Shown: in pieces, positions 61,593 through 64,000 of the stretch
How positions within the stretch are numbered: position 1 is the stretch's first letter
Layout: each line of letters begins with the position of its first letter
Source: Lama guanicoe
Taxonomy: Eukaryota
Length of the DNA stretch: 64,000 nucleotides
Assembly: GCA_013239625.1 (NCBI GenBank)
Contig: MU054187.1
Span: 12,317,325 to 12,381,324, forward strand
Direction: 5' to 3'
Translations under genes and position numbers: made by a program
Notes under the pieces: generated by a model
Seen by the model: only the letters and a program-made list of their open reading frames with translations
Database searches by the model: none
What the model was told of the DNA's origin: nothing

Positions 61593-63829
61593 TAAAGGTG
61601 TCTTCAACCTCAAATTTGTGGGAATGCCACCAATTTTATTTTGGGAAAGAAAAAATGTATATATATGTGTATGTTTGACTATGAATAGAAGATGTTTGGA
61701 AGGCTATTAACAAGTTGTTAGCACTGGGGAGTATGAGTGGATGTGTAATGGAGTACTTCCACTTTTACTTTGTACACAAAACTAGTGTTTGAAATATTTG
61801 CATTCACCATGCATTAATTTAACAAATTTTAAAGATAATTTTAATTACTTGGCATAACAATCAGGTTTCCTGAAAACCCAAAGCTCTCCAAAAAACTAGG
61901 GGAAGAAATGGTAAATGAAGGGTTTTTTTATGACCTGTCTTCTTCCACAAATATTCATCCGTAGTGCTTCTACAGTGAGGTAGTAGTCGCCTGAGTTCTG
62001 TCACATTGCTGGACTCCGATTTCCGTTCATGTCCTCATCCCCAACTCTGAGTTGTGATAAAGAAAAGATTCCCCTGCTTGCTCTCTAGTCCTCCCTTCTT
62101 TGGCAGAAGTACAGAGTCCATCAATCCTCTGCAACAGTAAGACTTCACACTTTCAAAAACCACCCATGATATCTGTGCAAATAAATGACTCCCCATTGCA
62201 TTTTCATATTACTCAAAATTTACTCAAGACACACAATTGTTTCTACAAAAATGAACACCCCCCCCCCAAAAAAACAAGCCTGACAGCATAGCATAATGAG
62301 TTCTATCTCCAGCTGCTCATCAGTTGTCTCCAACCTTGAGGAATCCTGTAACTTCTGGGCTCCGATACAGCCTCTGGGCTCCCTCGGCACTTCGTGCGGT
62401 AGTTATAACAATATTCTGTCTTGTACTGGAGTTGTTTATGTATTTGTCTTTTTCTTTCACTAGATCATAAGCTACTTAGGGCCCAGAACCACATCTTGTT
62501 CTTGTTTTTACAGGCTATAGCTCCTAATAAGATTTCACATCATGTTTGCTGTCTAACTGAATCTGTAAAATGTAAACAGCAGTTTCTGGTCCAATCTTCA
62601 TGTCCATTTCCCCAACTCACCCTTCAATAACTTGCTCTTAAAACACATTTACAAAAAAGTGTTTTCAGTATTTTGAAAGAACTTAGGTTTCTGTAAGACC
62701 TCAGAATAGTTGTTTAGGAAAACCCATTATTGGTGAATTATCATGTGAAAATGCAAAATGGAAGGGAAAAAAGTAAATACGTTGACTTAATGATGCAAAG
62801 AAAAGAAAGCAAAGATACAGGAACTGGATATGTTACCAACAGAGGACAACCCAATAAGGAAAAAAATGGGTGCAAATCATAAAGGGGAAGGAAATTATTG
62901 AAATTTAGTAGAAGCAGAAATTTGACACACCATGGATGGATGAGGCAAGTAGAAAAACCAAGAAGGAATGTCAGCTAAATCACAAGTGAAACTTGAAGTA
63001 ATAAAGAAAAATCATAATTTATATATTTAAGAATGTACCTAAGAAAATGTGCATTCTATAGAACAAGAAATCTATTTTGTCTGCCTTCTCTTCCTCATTC
63101 AACTTGAAGCTTCTCACTTTCTTCATACATAAACTACATAAAAATGGAAGATTGTTGTATCATTACTACTAGCATGCTTCAAGATATAATGAGAGGTAAT
63201 AGTATGGTAAGAAGAGCTACAAAAGACAGGCAAACATATGATCTGGGCTTTGACACTTACTATGTGACTAAATATCTCAGTTTCCTCAACTATATATTTG
63301 TCACAAGACTCAAACAAAATGGTGTAAATAAATGTACTCTGTTAACAATCAAGCTCTTTATTCAGAAGTAAAGGAATATTATGATGTTGACTAGATGTGC
63401 ACATAGCACAGTTATCTCTACTTTGGTGCTCCATTCCAATTACAAAAGCAAAAATCTATAGTTGATTCTACTTAAAATGTAATCACTAGAGGGAGGAATC
63501 TGTTAAAACATTTGTTTGACAATTTGATTATTTAAAAAAACAACTGTTTGACCAAATGTTTCATTCTTATTGTCTGCTCTCTCCAAATCCCTTAAGTATT
63601 ATAGCTACCATAAATGTGTCTAGTATAGGTCAAGCATACTATATATATTTTTATTTCTAATCAAAGTAGGTATTATATGTATTGTTATTCTCATTTACAT
63701 ATGAAAAAAGTGAGGTTCAGAGAAGTTAATTTATACAAAATCATAAAGATGCCTTTGCAGAATAGCTAACAGATTGTGCTAAGATTCTGTTCTCCATCAC
63801 TGAGTATCTCTACTACCCTAAGCAACACG

Positions 63830-63920
63830 TTGTCTTCATCTTTATTTCCTCAGTACCTACAATTCCTAGAACATAATACACGCTCAATAAATGATCGTGA
63901 AATGAATGAATCAGTAAATG
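63830..63920 (+). mobile_element. L2 3' end
   Basis: cctagaacataatacacgctcaataaatgatcgtgaaatgaatgaat, the typical L2 terminus. Confidence 0.6.
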
Positions 63921-64000
63921 AGAGGCTCCCTTCAAACCATACTACACACTATCACAAGATTAACATTCCCATTTTTATTCTATTTATCACTTGAAAATAC

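Noticed and set aside
1..64000. A novel multi-gene or prokaryote-like system
   Set aside because: The window is a single mammalian promoter plus intron, with no supported coding genes beyond a candidate uORF.

Overview
Mammalian genomic DNA, most likely a camelid (alpaca/camel), judged from three tRNA-derived SINEs of the camelid vic-1 type and a young camelid-type L1 3' end. The window holds the 5' end of a minus-strand gene that I recognise from its 5' UTR as NCOA2 (TIF2/GRIP1/SRC-2): a CpG-island promoter (~58.6-61.1 kb), a first exon with no main CDS (donor CCG|GTAACC at 60152/60151), and ~60 kb of intron 1 running off the left edge. No NCOA2 coding exon is present. Nearly all ORFs in the track are spurious or derived from L1 ORF2 relics. 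The intron contains L1, L2, MIR, CR1/L3-like, MaLR, ERV-LTR and Tigger relics plus microsatellites. I found no new multi-gene system. The best leads are: a 24-codon strong-Kozak uORF overlapping a YY1 motif in exon 1; a possible second CCAAT/GC-box promoter with a GC-skew flip inside the island; a near-perfect ~186-bp tandem duplication; a sense-oriented solo LTR with intact TATA and AATAAA; and several candidate cryptic 5' UTR exons. Repeat family names and the gene identity come from recall and need database confirmation.
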